Shown: positions 27,130 through 41,950 of the stretch, in pieces | Position numbering within the stretch: the first letter of the stretch is position 1 | How the letters are laid out: every line of letters begins with the position of its first letter | Assembly (NCBI GenBank): GCA_951406725.2 | Contig: OX597814.1 | Span: 142,538,001 to 142,602,000, forward strand | DNA: 64,000 nucleotides | Source: Octopus vulgaris | Lineage: Eukaryota | Reading direction: 5' to 3' | Program-made: the position numbers and the translations under genes | Notes under the pieces: model-generated | Database searches by the model: none | What the model saw: the letters and a program-made list of their open reading frames with translations, nothing else | Told to the model about the DNA's origin: nothing

Positions 27130-27679
27130 ACTTTGTTCCTATAGCTTGTGAAGTTTTGTCAGAGTGTTCATAATTAACAGCAACATTTATTGTGTAAACC
27201 AAACATTATAAATAAAAGAGCACTGAGACATGTCAATTCCTTTTCATTTTTGAATTTTGATTCAACATTATTCCTGCTACTAAAGATTTATTCAACTTCT
27301 GCATTGTAATAAGGAGTTGCCGATGTCAAAATAGCACAGTCGGCAAAATATTTAAAGCAATCATACTCATAAACATTTTTATATTGAGAAGTTCTACTCG
27401 TCAAAAGGTTAGTACCAATATTATTGGCCCTGCTCAATGAAAATGATATTCATCAGCAGATACGGATTCTTTTGTTGCCCCTAAATGTGCCATCAATTTA
27501 GGAACTTAACTGTATATATATACGTGTATATATGTATGTATGTATCTGTGTATGTATGTACTCTTCGAGTGATCGAAGAATATTTCTAATATAGAGAGAG
27601 ATGTATAAGGAGAAAGAAAGAAAGAAAGAAAGAAAGGAAGAAAGAAAGAAAAAAGAAAGAAAGATAAAAGAAAGAAAGT

Positions 27680-27718
<39 letters not shown>

Positions 27719-29829
27719 CATTTCTTAAACTTTTCAAATATTGATTTCAGTTGTTTAAATAAGCATAAAATTTGATAAAACACATGAAATTTCCGATGAG
27801 CACATTTCTCCATTATTTTAAACCTTACCTAAATTCTTTAATTTTTCAAATTTATTTGCAAGCCTGTAACTTAAATAGAGCTTAGGATCTATTTAGGATG
27901 GGCAACCATTTTTGAGAAGCGGGCCGCATATGACATGGCTCATCATCAGTTTTGCCGCACTACTAAAAAAAAACAGAATTCAAGGTAATTTTTTGTTAGA
28001 AAGTCTGTGGGCCATAGTTTACTCATGACATCTAAAATTTCTTTATAAATAATAGGCACTACGTACGTATCAACATCGCAGTTATTTGGAACTCAGCATT
28101 TGGATACCTAAGCGCAATGGATCATCGAGCGAACTCTTTATAGCTTTCAGTGAAAAGATTCTAACATCGTTGTTACTTTATCAACTTCAGTTAACGACCA
28201 TATGATTTTTACCAGTTAAATCCTCTAATGTTAAATCATCTACTTATTTATTTATTCATTTATTTAACAGTTTAACAGTTTAAACGTCTGTATTATTCAT
28301 TTATTTATTTAACAGTTTAAACACCCTATTATCTATTTATTTATTTAGCAGTCTAAACGTCCGTATAAATCTGGTAAAACATGGCAAACTTAAGAAGATA
28401 AATAATAAACCATATACAAAAGAATAAACTAGAAAATCAAAACACAAAAGCTAGAAGTAAAAGAGTGAAATATCTGATAACGAATAGTTAAATGTTTCTG
28501 ATATTAAATCTTTCGGTGGCCTCCATGAATCGGATGATCTGTTATAATGGTTGGTGGATCCATGGAAATAAATTGCGCCTCCAATTTTGGTAGGTTTTTA
28601 CGACCATTTTTTAAATGTTTATCTTCTCAGGGAAATGTTAATTTGCACACTGTATTTCCTTAAGATGGAAGTGCATAAATAATATACAATCCAAGTTATT
28701 TTTCATCTAAATGCATTTCATAAAGGATTTCAGCAGTATTTTTCAGTATTTCTCATAATTTTGAAATGGTTTATTGGAAACTTTAGGTTATTATTCTTCC
28801 CAAAGCTGGTTCAATAGTCAACCGTCAGGTTTTGCACTTCAAGGGAATTTTTAATGGGGATTCGCTAACGTCAATTGCCCTTTATAGTTCATATATATAT
28901 ATATATAAATGTGCGTGTGTGTGTGTGTGTGTGTGAGTACATATATATGCTACTGCCTGTGTTAATGGAGAGTGAAAAAAAACAGTTGTGAGTTTCTGAT
29001 ATAAAAAAAATTTCAAGCTGAGTGGATTACATCCTGCAGAAGTAATGTGACATAGCTAACTGAAGTGGCATAAACATCTAATTAAAATAAACGAAGGATT
29101 TTCAGCTTTGAGCTCTAGATATATATATATCATTATTAATTCCAACCATAGCTGGTATTATCTGTACCAATGCTACAAATTTCTTTATATTTATTTTACC
29201 TTCATTAATTCAGATTTTAGAGCTTTCGCAATACTATCAGTTACGCATTTATTTAATTCCACCAAACCCAGATACATAAAGATATGTCTGATATATATCA
29301 TACTAAAATATATTATAGCTATCCTGAATGCTTTCACAACAGCGATATCATTTGACTCCTTAAGTATTAAATTAAACATTCTATCTGTTATGTCATTAAT
29401 CAAGACATCTTCCGAATGAACTCCGATTACGTATTTTTTTAAATTTTGAATACTCTCTTTGGTGCATTCTTAATATGGAAGTCGTTATTTTATTATCATT
29501 AATACTCTTTTTTATGTAAATCAACTAAATGACCGATTTTCCATTATTGTGCAACGGCAGCTCATAAACAACGCAAAGCTTTTCTCAAGCCATGTAGTTT
29601 TGCTGCATTTAGCAATAATGTATTGAAATAACGGCACTGTATCATAGGAATGACTCTGATATGATTTTATGTGCAATAAAATCGGTGCAGTTTGCATTTA
29701 ATTCGCGTTTGCCAAATTTGCAATGTGTGAAGTCAATATCTCTTTCAGTTATTGCTAACCACTTTTCAAAAATTTATTCCTAAGCTATTCACTTCGAAGT
29801 TTTTGTTTAAACTACCTTTGTTTTGCCAT
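27130..29829 (-). pseudogene. Fragmented hAT transposase fossil
   Basis: Colinear minus-strand remnants: N-terminal MAKQR..KWLAITERDIDFTHCKF; FNLILKESNDIAVVK (first catalytic D region); TDN..MVGINN..LKAENP; PLKIPLKCKT*RLTIEPAL (TRWLS-like); PKLYL; and dimerisation-domain-like PYYNAEVE*IFSSRNNVESKFKN..LSALLFIMFGL. Many stops, frameshifts and insertions. Confidence 0.85.
27893..28031. mobile_element. Short hAT/Charlie-like MITE nested in the transposase fossil
   Basis: Degenerate ends GGATGGGCAAC..GCGGGCCGCA and GTGGGCCATAGTTTACTCA. Confidence 0.5.
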
Positions 29830-30201
29830 TTTCGGGGTTACGAAAATTAGTAGTTTAACGTATTTAAAGAAAAACTGCACTTTGTTCAACTTGTTCGTCT
29901 TTTCCACTTCACCTAAAGCGAAACTGAACCAACTTCCTGTTACAAGGTGAAATTTAGAAAATTGAAAGCTTTAAGTAAAACTTTAAAAATTAAATGCTTT
30001 TGCGATTTTTCTTTCTTTTTTCCTGTAACTTTATTGAAAACTGCAAAATATATTTAAAATGATCCATATTAAAAAAATCGATCAAGCATTTATCCTCTCC
30101 TGCTTCATTTTAAAATAAATGAAAACGATATATTTAACGCGATATATTTTTTAAAAGTTTCAATTCATATTCGTTTCACCCGCATTTCACACGATGAAAA
30201 C

Positions 30202-30251
<50 letters not shown>

Positions 30252-30467
30252 CTGAGAGCAACAAAACCATATATTCAAAATTTAATATGATATTGAAAAT
30301 ATAAAACATTATTGGTTACATCGTTAGCGGGCAAAATGCTGACCGACGTCTTCCCGCTCTTTACGTTCAGAATTCAGATACCGACAAGGTCAGTATTGCC
30401 TTTCATTCTTTCTATTTAACAACATAAAATCAAACATTCAACTTTCTGTTTATCTATCTTTTATATA

Positions 30468-30579
<112 letters not shown>

Positions 30580-32049
30580 TTGCGTGTTGATTCCTTTTTC
30601 GTTTTATTTATATATAATTTAAATATGTTTCATAGTTTTCAACGTATACCATTTTCAGTATGTTTGAAATAGAAGTGGAATTGAAAGCATTTTGCTATTT
30701 TTCATATTTGGTTTAAATGTATCTTTTCACTTATTCCAAATTAGAGAAATTACATTTCTCAAAACAGCTACACGCAAAAACAAAAACAAAAAAAGTCTGG
30801 GTTTCAACTTTCTAAATTTTACTGTTGAACGGATGTTCTGTTCAGCTTTCTTTTGTGACATTTATTAGTTTTTTTTTTCTCCAAGATTTTATGTTGGAGA
30901 AAAGACGAATAAACGTCAAATACGCCTATGTACTGGTTTATGGATAAGCCACTAACATGCTCCTATATCGCTCTACTATTACTACTGCACCATTGACCAT
31001 TTTAAACCGATGATGCCACAATGATTCCACATGAAATTAACATGTTACATATGGTAAATGAAAGACGGAAGATGGAATATACGAGAATTTATTATTAATC
31101 AGGACAATTGTTTCGACAAATCTAGCATCGATCCCTCTACTGTATTATCAGTAGATATTTTAGGGTTACAAGCGTTTCACCCTTTAGCTTGTACGCTTCG
31201 CCTAAGTGGGACAGCAAAGACTGAACTAGAAAGGCTCCACCTGTGCCCGCTTGTTATCTATAACCGCCTTGATCGGTGTTGGCTATTGGAGGCATTCTTC
31301 AGTTGTTTGAGTATCATTCACAGACGTGTAATTACCAAATCTTACCAATTACATTCCTAAAAACTATTAATCAGCAGTTCTATTTGCATACATGATTTAG
31401 TATTTTATGAATAATTTTTTTTTTTTGTCGCCGATATCTAGAAAATCTTATATAAATTCATAATGTATGTTGCCCTCCACAAGTTGGTGCGTAAAGCCCG
31501 ATTTTTCTCCTCATATCTCAAACATATTTCTGCGAAGTGACATCACCTGGTTGAATTATGAAGCAAAATACCAAATATGATAATTTCGAAATTATCAAAT
31601 GTAGTTAGTCTTTAAAATTTCAAGTCATTTTGTCATGGAATGTGATTAGGTTATCTAGCTAAACATAATTATAAAACTTCTAGCAGTAAAAAATTCGCTA
31701 GAATCTGCCTAAATTATTGAAAAAATTAACTATTAATAGCAATTCAGCTGGTGGCTGTTTGCTATGATGCGCTAAAAGGCGCTAGATCTAGCAAATTGCC
31801 AATTTTGGATGTGTGTGTGTGTGTTATCTTCTCATTTCATTTATTTGACGTCTTCTTTTAAGGAAGGAGGTGGTTTCTGACAAAGATACAAAACTCCATC
31901 GTTGAAAAGTATACAACAATAACACTGTCACATGCTGGACTTGAGAAAAGTCTTACACATATTTACTATACCGACTACAGACTGTACTTGTAATTTTGTG
32001 TTTGATTTGATTTTTTTTTCTGGAAACTCTTGTTTTTTCCAGATTGTCA

Positions 32050-32650
32050 CTCAGAAATCTACTCACATAACCAAATGCACCAATTATCACTGGCATAGAA
32101 GCTAAAGCTAAAAGTTTCAAAGTAGTTGCCCATGGTTACCCTCTTTTCACTTTTGGAAGACATTCACGTCACTAGAGTAGCTGACCTCTACAACAGAACA
32201 TACATTTTCTTGTCTCTCTAAAACTACTATATCCAGCCTGCTATGTTTGTATATTTGCACTTAGTAGCAGTTTGGGTGGAAATGTTATACCAATAGTTCT
32301 TGTATTGAAGTTTTTGTATGTATTCAATTACAATCTATTTTTCAGATGACAATGTATATTGTTTTAGCAACAACGTCATGCTGCACTGGGAGAGAGTAGC
32401 TTGGTGGGCATTTTTAGGTAATTATTGATCACGTGTTTAATGTATTCCACAGAACTGTGACGTAATTGATATATTCGGAAGCATTTTGGGTTCCACTGTT
32501 TCTCTTCTCCATGAAGTATTTTGTCACCATCTTCTTGCTTTTGGATTGCAAATGCGTAACCTTTCAAGTCTGATGTGAGATAGGAGATTGCGAGTACAAG
32601 AAAAACTGCTCTTCGTGTCGATATTAGTATCATCTTCAAGTCTTTCAGAA
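32050..32650 (-). mobile_element. Degraded RLE-type LINE fragment (CCHC zinc-knuckle region)
   Basis: GYAFAIQKQE..NPKC..VEYIKHVI..KMP..QHDVVAKTIY resembles the AIQEQ..CR.C..H..C..RHD motif series of R4-like elements. Confidence 0.7.
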
Positions 32651-33395
32651 ACAGTCATGCATAATTTGTTCTTTTTTTTTTGTGTTGGAATGCTGAGCTT
32701 TTCAACTCAAGGTGTATGTATGATATATGTATGTGTAACACGGGAAATGAAAAGTAAACTTGAGAATGCAAACAAATTAGGATATCCACTATAGTGCTAG
32801 CCTAACTTGTGACTGGTTTATGTTGTAGCTAAGCTGGGTTATTGATTGAGGAAGGAAACCGGGTACTTCTCTGATGAGGGGTGAGCTAACTGTGAAATAA
32901 TCCTCCGTCTTTTTTCCGCATATAGACAGAATGTTGTAATATATCTGTGTGTGTGTGTATGAGTGAGTATGTGTGCATGCATGCATATGGTATGTAGCTC
33001 CATTTGTTTTACTCACACACACACACACGTGTGTGTGTAATGCATTGAAAAATCATACTTTGTTAAGCTGAACGTCAACGAAAACTGATTAGTAAAATGT
33101 GACGTTTCTTCTACTGCAAAACTTCTTTTGGCTACAACATGTACTAAATTTATTTAGTAAAACCTTTTTTTTTTATCCGAAAACTTTTCAGTAATATAGG
33201 ATTCTCATTCTTTTTTGTGTTTGTAAAACTCACCTTTTGAAAATATATACTCATATTTCTACAATAAATGTCATATGAAAACATTTGCTATTTGAAAATA
33301 TAATTTCGTGTTTTTGCTTTTACTTATGTAAATATATTTAGAGAAATATTTACTCTTATGGTAAAAAAATAAAACTTGTTTTATTTAAACATGTA

Positions 33396-33810
33396 TACGA
33401 GGATAGGTTGAAAATTTCATAACCTGACCAAAGTATGGGGCGGGGAGATGTTTGCGTAAGGTGACGTGTAGTGGGAAAAAGTACTGAAACATGATTGCGA
33501 GGTAAACTTCTTAACTACACAGCCATTAAATATAGACTGATTACGGGTGTCTTGTGTGTATAAAAATTTAGTGCATTTGAACATTTATTATTTTTCCTAC
33601 ACACAAACACAGACGTACATATGTATGCATGTAATTATATATACGAGAGGGGGCTGAAAAGTTCCTGGTTTTGGGTAAAAGAAAATACAAGAGGATCTGT
33701 TAATAGCGATTTTATTCACACACTTATTGCAGCAGTCCTTCAATTTTCCTAAGCCCTGTGACAGAGTTCGGAATGTTGTGCCTCCAACCAAGTACTCTTT
33801 CGCGATACGC
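33396..33810 (-). mobile_element. Tc1/mariner remnants (two TIR-like ends and a transposase C-terminus)
   Basis: TA-CGAGGATAGGTTGAAAATTTC at 33396 and TA-CGAGAGGGGGCTGAAAAGTTCC at 33642; minus strand QGLGKLKDCCNKCV resembles the mariner GI.KL..RW.KC motif. Confidence 0.65.
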
Positions 33811-33875
33811 TTAAAACCATGTACTTTTCAGTAACCCACTGTCTATGTGTGTGTGTGTGTTTGTGTGTGTATGTG

Positions 33876-33963
<88 letters not shown>

Positions 33964-34165
33964 TGTGAGCAATCGTGACATAGCTTGCACTAGCATCTGT
34001 TAATACCTTTACTCCGGTCCTTTATTTAATTGAAGTTGCGTAATTATATGGTAAGAACAGAATTTCAAATTTACTCTACGACGTCAAGTAAGTGATGACA
34101 ATCATCTTAAATAATAGATAATAATATAAAAATTCAATAAATAGTTTCTCATAATTTTTAAGAGA

Positions 34166-34198
<33 letters not shown>

Positions 34199-34228
34199 TG
34201 TATGTATGTATGTATGTATGTATGTATG

Positions 34229-34284
<56 letters not shown>

Positions 34285-34317
34285 TCTTAAAAAGAACACC
34301 CAGTAACTGAGAATATA

Positions 34318-34399
34318 TAATATTATATTATATTATATTATATTATATTATATTATATTATATTATATTATATTATATTGTATTATATCATATTATATT
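34318..34399. repeat. (ATATT)n pentanucleotide array
   Basis: Directly visible. Confidence 0.9.
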
Positions 34400-35296
34400 C
34401 CTTTTCTCAATAAATTTCTTGCGATTCGAACTTCTGATATCCAATGAAAAGATAATCCATATTGAAAGACACTGAAGAAATAAGAATAAGTTTTATGATG
34501 CAGGTATAATGTTATGTAACTCCTCCATATAGTTTCCACATCAACGAAGTGGAAATGAATAGATCAGTCCCGGTATTTAATTTCCGGGGTTGTTACCTTC
34601 CTCTTGAAATAATAAAAATAAAAAAAATACTTCCTGGATCCAGGGCGGTTTAAAAAACCATTTAGGTTTACAATGGAAAAATGCAATAAAACCGCAGGTT
34701 AAAAAAAAAATCAATATCTTTTCTTCGGTGAAATGCTTTATACCTGGAAGAAGTGATCTCTTGACAGTTGATCAATTTAATTCAAAGAATCAAGATTCAG
34801 GCATCAATTATGAGGCTTCACTTGTTATTTCTCACCTAGGGAATAGCAATCTCTGCATTATTTCTACATCACTGCAACGTTATCAACACTAATCATTATT
34901 TATTCTCCAGTGAAAACGAATCTTTAAGCAAACAGCTTCAACGATAGTAGTGGTGGGAATGGGTGGTAGAAGTACAAGTGGCGACATCGATGGTGGTGTG
35001 GTCAGCACGCAACAACACTACTAACAGGTACGACTATTCCACCAGGAAACCAACGACGGAGGTTCTGATATGGTCGCTCGACCTGCTACAATTAGCAGTC
35101 ATTTCTTCATGGTCATTGTTTCGATACCTTTGATCGTAGATCTTCTCGATTAAGGCTACACAGAGGTTAAACAATAGCAACAACTACATCGATATTTTTT
35201 GTTCAATGAAATAGAGAGTGTGTGTGTGTGTGTGTACATGTGTATATATGTGTGTGTGTGTTTGTCTGTCTGTCAGTCTATCTGTCTGTGACTATA

Positions 35297-35503
35297 TCTC
35301 TTTTACTCTTTTGCTTGTTTCAGTGATTCGACTGTGGCCATGCTGAACACCGCCTTTTAGTCGAGCAAATCGACCCCAGGACTTATTCTTTGTAAGCCTA
35401 GTACTTATTCTATCGTACTCTTTCGCCGAACCGCTAAGTTACGGGACGTAAACACACCAGCATCGGTTGCCAAGCAATGGTGGGGAGACAAACACAGACA
35501 CAA

Positions 35504-35576
<73 letters not shown>

Positions 35577-35718
35577 CATATATACGACGGGTTTCTTTCA
35601 GTTTCCGTCTACCAAATCCACTCACAAGAGACTTTCCCAAGGAGCCACGCAGTGGGACTGAACCCGGAACCATGTACTTGGTAAGCAAGCTACTTACTAC
35701 ACAGCCACTCCTGCGCCT
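35297..35718 (-). mobile_element. SINE S1
   Basis: Reverse complement of S1 with internal (CA)n(TA)n. Confidence 0.88.
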
Positions 35719-35932
35719 ACAAATATACATATGTATATAATAAATGTGGGTGTGTATAAATATGGTTAACGTTATAAGGATTTATAAACTTTCGAGAGAA
35801 CGGGAAATAATATTTTTCTGAAACATAGCAAATTTTTCCTATCCTAGAGCATCTTTTCAACCCAATATTTACATGCTATTATTTATAGCTTTATGTACTT
35901 CGAGACCTACTTTTAAGAAAAAGTATATTAAT

Positions 35933-36400
<468 letters not shown>

Positions 36401-36626
36401 CAATCTTTCTCCCGGATGCTGGAGTTGGTTGCACATCAGTTGTCTTCGTACTGACTAGAGATTTTCATTTGTGGGAAAAAAAATTTGCGGCCGGGAAAAT
36501 GTATGTCTGCTCGCGGATACATAAGTGCCCAAAGCACTTAGCAAAAACAAAGTAGAAAACGCCGGGTAATCCTCGCTGACGAGTGACAGCTAAGCACATA
36601 CACACAACCACACTAACATAATATGC

Positions 36627-36657
<31 letters not shown>

Positions 36658-36804
36658 TGTATGTATGTATGTATGTATGTATGTATGTATGTTTGTTTTA
36701 TGTATGTATGTATGTGGGTATGTTTGTATGTATGTGTGTATGTTTGTATGTATATATATGTCTGTTTCTTTGTATGTATGTAAATACGTCTATATGTATG
36801 TATG

Positions 36805-37457
36805 TCATTATTTAGTTTTATTTCAAAATTTCTTGCCAATAGAGAAAGAACCGGTTTCTAACCGAGATCCAAGGCTCCTTCATTGGAACTTCAACATCAA
36901 CAACAGGGCATTTTTGTATGTATGTATGTATGTATGTATGAATGTATGTATGTACGTATGTATGTATGTATGTATGTATGTATGTATGTATGTATGTATG
37001 TATGTATGTATGTATGTATGTATGTATGTATGTATGTATGCATGTATGTATGTATGTATGTATGCTTGTATGTATGTATGTAAATATGTATGTATGTATG
37101 CATGTATGTATATGTGCAAATTTGTATGTTTTGTTTTATGTATGTCTTCTCATGCATACACTTGCGTATCTAGACATGCTCATATCTAAATAACAAACTT
37201 CTGGAAAGTTTTACAGATTTTTACAGTTCCGGTGATGACTTTGATCTGTAGTCTTCGAATCAGCTTTCGGGCTTGAAGAAGCCTAATTTCTCAAGATTGT
37301 TACTTAGGCAGTGTGATACATATTCCAATGCCCCAATAATTACAGGTATAAACCTGAACTTGTAATCTGGGTAGAGTAACTGTAGATATCTCAATTGTTC
37401 AGCGTAGATATTTTCTTTTTCGCTAACCTTTAGCTTTATGTTAAAAACATCTGGGCT
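36805..37457 (-). mobile_element. 3' end of an RLE-type non-LTR retrotransposon embedded in (TATG)n
   Basis: Minus strand NIKLKVSEKENIYAEQLRYLQLLYPDYKFRFIPVIIGALEYVSHCL..RRLQIKVITGTVKICKTF; (TATG)n on both sides and inside the presumed 3' UTR. Confidence 0.78.
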
Positions 37458-38025
37458 GTATGTATGTATGTATGTATGTATGTATGTATGTATGTATGTA
37501 TGTATGTATGTATGTATGTATGTACGTATGTATGTATGTATGTGTTATGTCACACGTTCGGATGACCTCTGCTCAACTCTGCTCTCCTCTTCTCTACTGT
37601 AGTCCGACTCAGCTGTGCTACTGACGTCTAGGCTTCTCCCTCTATATCTACGTATTGGGCTAGCCTACTTCATCGTCTGGGGGCGTCCACACAACTGTAT
37701 GTATGTATGTACCTGTGTGTGTATCTACAATTGATGAAGAGGTAATCGATTGAAAAATTAGATGAAAACACGAGAGCTAAGTACAAATAAGGAGAAGAAA
37801 AATCTAACTGCGCCAAAGTAAATGGTAAATTACTTTAAGTTTCGGGGCTTTCTTAGTTGATTGCTCGTGAGTCGCCAAGAGTAAACATTGTAAGTATGTG
37901 TGCATGCGTACACAGACACACACACACACACACACACATACAGTGTCTGGTACGTGATTTGATCTGAGACCGTGTGTTGAAATAAAACAATTACAGCGTG
38001 GAAGATACATAGCTATTCGAAAAAC

Positions 38026-38149
<124 letters not shown>

Positions 38150-38154
38150 TTAGT

Positions 38155-38245
<91 letters not shown>

Positions 38246-38366
38246 ACAGATAGAGAGATAGAGAGAGAGAGAGGAGAGAAGAGAGAGTGAGCGATATATA
38301 CATATTCATATATGTATAAACACACTGCATACAAACATTCACGCACGCACACACACACAAACACAC

Positions 38367-38397
<31 letters not shown>

Positions 38398-38996
38398 CAT
38401 ACATACATACACACATACATACACACACATACATACATACATACATACACACACACATACATACATACATACATACATACATACAAACATACATACATAC
38501 ATACATACATATACACACACACATACATACATACATACATACATACATACATACATACATACATACATGCAAACATACATACATACATACATACATACAT
38601 ACATACATACATACATACATACATACATACATACATACATACATACATACATACATACTCGTTAAACCTCTCAAACTAAGTTTGGCAATCAATCAAGAAC
38701 TTACAGTTAAATTTAATGAGAGGTGTGAGGTGTGTCCGAGAAGCAGTTTTGACTTTCCATTACAATCATTTCTTTTTCACTTGCGTCGTTAATTCTCTTG
38801 TGATTTACACACATGTTACACTCACATTTCTCCTTTACGGGAAACAGAAAGTTTCTACCTCAGTATAAGAAGAAACCAATAGCGGTTAAGTGAATTCCAT
38901 CAGACTTGATCAGGGGTTAAGACGTCATTAATAATCATTTGCTCTTTTTCAAACGTCTTTACATACATACACACACATACATATGTATATATACAT

Positions 38997-39043
<47 letters not shown>

Positions 39044-39060
39044 TCTCTCTCTCTCTCTCT

Positions 39061-39149
<89 letters not shown>

Positions 39150-39229
39150 AAAAATATGAAAATCTAAAATAATTTTATAAGAACATTTGTACGGTTCGGT
39201 CATTTTGAGACCTTTTCAACTGTAACGAT

Positions 39230-39279
<50 letters not shown>

Positions 39280-39544
39280 AGTATATGTATGTTTGTATTA
39301 TATGTGTATATGTATGTATATAAACCTGCCTAGTGAACATGCAAACATGTCAAATTTATCTATTTCTTCGAAGATTGGAAAAAGATGAACTGCTTTAATC
39401 GATTTTCGAGCCATATTAGGATTTCATCAGTGGTTGTTTACATCACTTGAGCAATCTCCGAGAACGAGTTGAAAATTCCTTTATATACCCCATTGTCATC
39501 AAATTGTCATCGGCAGTAGGTCCTGATAAGTTCCCGGGGTGCAA

Positions 39545-39850
39545 TTTGCTATCGACACATCTCCAGGACAGTGGCCGGGAACTTATCAGGACCAACTGCC
39601 GAGTTGTGCTTGATCTTATCTATTCCTGTTAGGATATCAGGAGCACCAAAAATTATGTCAGATATGGTTAGTTGAGGGTTTACATCACTGATACTAGCCA
39701 GATCAACCGCATTAGCGTTACTGAGACAGAACAGTAATGTCTCTGCAGTATCTCGCACATAGATTTTGCATCATCATAGAGTGTTGTTCTCATCAACCAG
39801 AGGACCAACTGTGGAAACAGCGGTTTTATGTTTTTTTGCAAAGAACATTT
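39545..39850 (-). mobile_element. CR1/L2-group LINE ORF2 fragment (linker preceding RT)
   Basis: KTAVSTVGPLVDENN..MCEILQ and IDKIKHNSAVGPDKFPATVLEMC match the K..S.GPD..P..L..C pre-RT motif. Confidence 0.75.
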
Positions 39851-39968
39851 TAGGATTGAGTCTTATTTTCTAAGTTATATGATGTATAAAAACATGTAAT
39901 ATACAAATAAATATCTGTAAATATAAAACCATCCGAATTTCTGAGTCCCTCATTTCTTCTAAAATTTC

Positions 39969-40034
<66 letters not shown>

Positions 40035-40039
<5 letters not shown>

Positions 40040-40140
40040 ATCTCTCGCAATATCGTGGTACATCGCGGATTTTTCTGGCTAATATATGTAAATTTATATC
40101 ACAGACTCCTCAGTATATCACAGATTTCTGCGGGCGACAG
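40035..40140 (+). mobile_element. pogo/Tigger-like terminal fragment
   Basis: TA-TAGTAATCTCTCGCAATATCGTGG..ATCGCGGATTTT resembles CAGTAATCCCTCG-type ends; no partner end found. Confidence 0.45.
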
Positions 40141-41342
40141 GTATAGATATTTATGATTTTTTTTTAGATTTTAATTATTTCTGTGGTAAAATAAGCATTT
40201 CTCGCCTAAAAATTAATGAATTAATAAATAAGAATAGACTACGGTAATGCATTGTATAACACATTAATAAAGTACATTAAAAGAAAATACGTCGTGTACC
40301 ATAAATAAGTAAACAAAGAATCGCACATACTGTATGGAAAGCGGAACTCGGGTGGCGAGTGTGTGGTATTGCTTTGCATTTATAATAAAATAAATGTATA
40401 CAAATTATAAATATAATTTTAGAATATGTGCGGCCATGCTGGAGCACCTCCTTTAGACGAAGAAGTCGACCGCAAGACATTCTTTGTAAGCCTAGTACTT
40501 ATTCTATCGGTGTCTTTGTCTTTGTTCCCCCAACATCGCTTGACAACCGATGCTGGTGTGTTTACATCCCCGTAACTTAGTGGTTCGGTGAAAGAGACCG
40601 ATAGAATAAGTACTAGATTTACAAAGAATAAGTCCTGGGGTCGATTTGCTCGACTAAAGTTGGTGCTCCTGCATGACCACAATCAAATGCCTGAAACAAG
40701 TAAAAGAGTAAAGAGTATATATATATATAATATCAAAGGGAAATGGAATTTAATTAAAGTTAAAACATTCAATCAAAAATTACATTTCCAGATGTCCAAC
40801 CCCTTAAAAAAATTTTAGTCAAAAAGACTATATATTAGTCATACAAAATAGTGTATATTAAAATACATAGAGAATCCACTTATAGGGATTCTACGCGCTA
40901 GAAAGAACAGCTAAGTTCTATAACCAGCAAAAATTGGGGATAAAATTCGACAGGAATAGATTTGGAAACTAAAAACATTTACCGTCTAGATTCCTGGACC
41001 AATTGGTTTCTAATCTTCTTTTAGTGAGTCATAGAGATCTTACAAGGTCTGATTTTCGTCAACTGTTGACGGTGTATTGTAGTCAACGAATGGTCTGCAC
41101 CTGCTCAGAATAAATTTGAAAAGTTAGGTCGTATGTACACTGGGCAGATAACCTATTTTGTCTCGTGTAGATAGGTTGGTTCTTTAAGATATCGTACCCA
41201 ACGTTATTTTCATATTTCATGTTGTTTACTTTTTGTGACGTCCTGTACCCATACATGCATACCTATATTCATACATATGTATGTACATATATGTGTGTAT
41301 ATATGCATATATATATATACATTATTTATATTATAGAACGCC

Positions 41343-41797
41343 TATTAGGCAAACATTGAAAAACCATAAAATTAATTTAAAAATATAAAAGTTAAAAATA
41401 AAAAATTATTTAAATCCATTTAATTCTAGAAACAAAATCCTTAATATTATTAATAAGTTTCAAAATATATTCTTTCCTAGAAGGTATTGGAATATCCTTC
41501 AAAGATGAATTCCAAAATAGCGGTTCTATCTTACCTGTAAATTCCATAATTTACGAAGTTGAGATATTACACTCAATATACGTAATTTATCAATATATTA
41601 ATTAATAATAATAATATTAGGGAATAAATCCAAACTTACAGGGAAAAATTAGATTTAGGATTAAATCCAATTTTATTAATAATATTAAGGATTTTGTTTC
41701 TAGAATTAAATGATTTAAATAATTTTTTATTTTTAACTTTTATATTTCAAAATTAATTTTATGTATTGGCTTATGTTTTTCATTGATTTGCCTAATA
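41343..41797. repeat. AT-rich inverted repeat (arms 41343-41456 and 41673-41797) between TA tracts
   Basis: TTTAATTCTAGAAACAAAATCCTTAATATTATTAATAA versus TTATTAATAATATTAAGGATTTTGTTTCTAGAATTAAA, and further matching sequence. Confidence 0.85.
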
Positions 41798-41817
41798 ATG
41801 GTTTTATCTCTAATTTA

Positions 41818-41854
<37 letters not shown>

Positions 41855-41950
41855 TCCAATAAATGACGGGAAGGAAAGGTTGTTTTACGTTTCGAGCATA
41901 GCCATTCTTCAGAAATAGAAGACAGAGGAAAGTCCAAGAGAAAAGGAAGA
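41855..41950 (-). mobile_element. Family B fragment with degenerate hammerhead at 41883-41915
   Basis: Minus strand UUU-CUGAAGA-AUGGC-UAU-GCUC-GAAACGUA^AAAC; stem II partly disrupted. Confidence 0.6.

Noticed and set aside
37542-37695. Possible short solo LTR (TGTG..CACA) in (TATG)n
   Set aside because: The termini are indistinguishable from the surrounding TG/CA repeats; no TSD or PBS.
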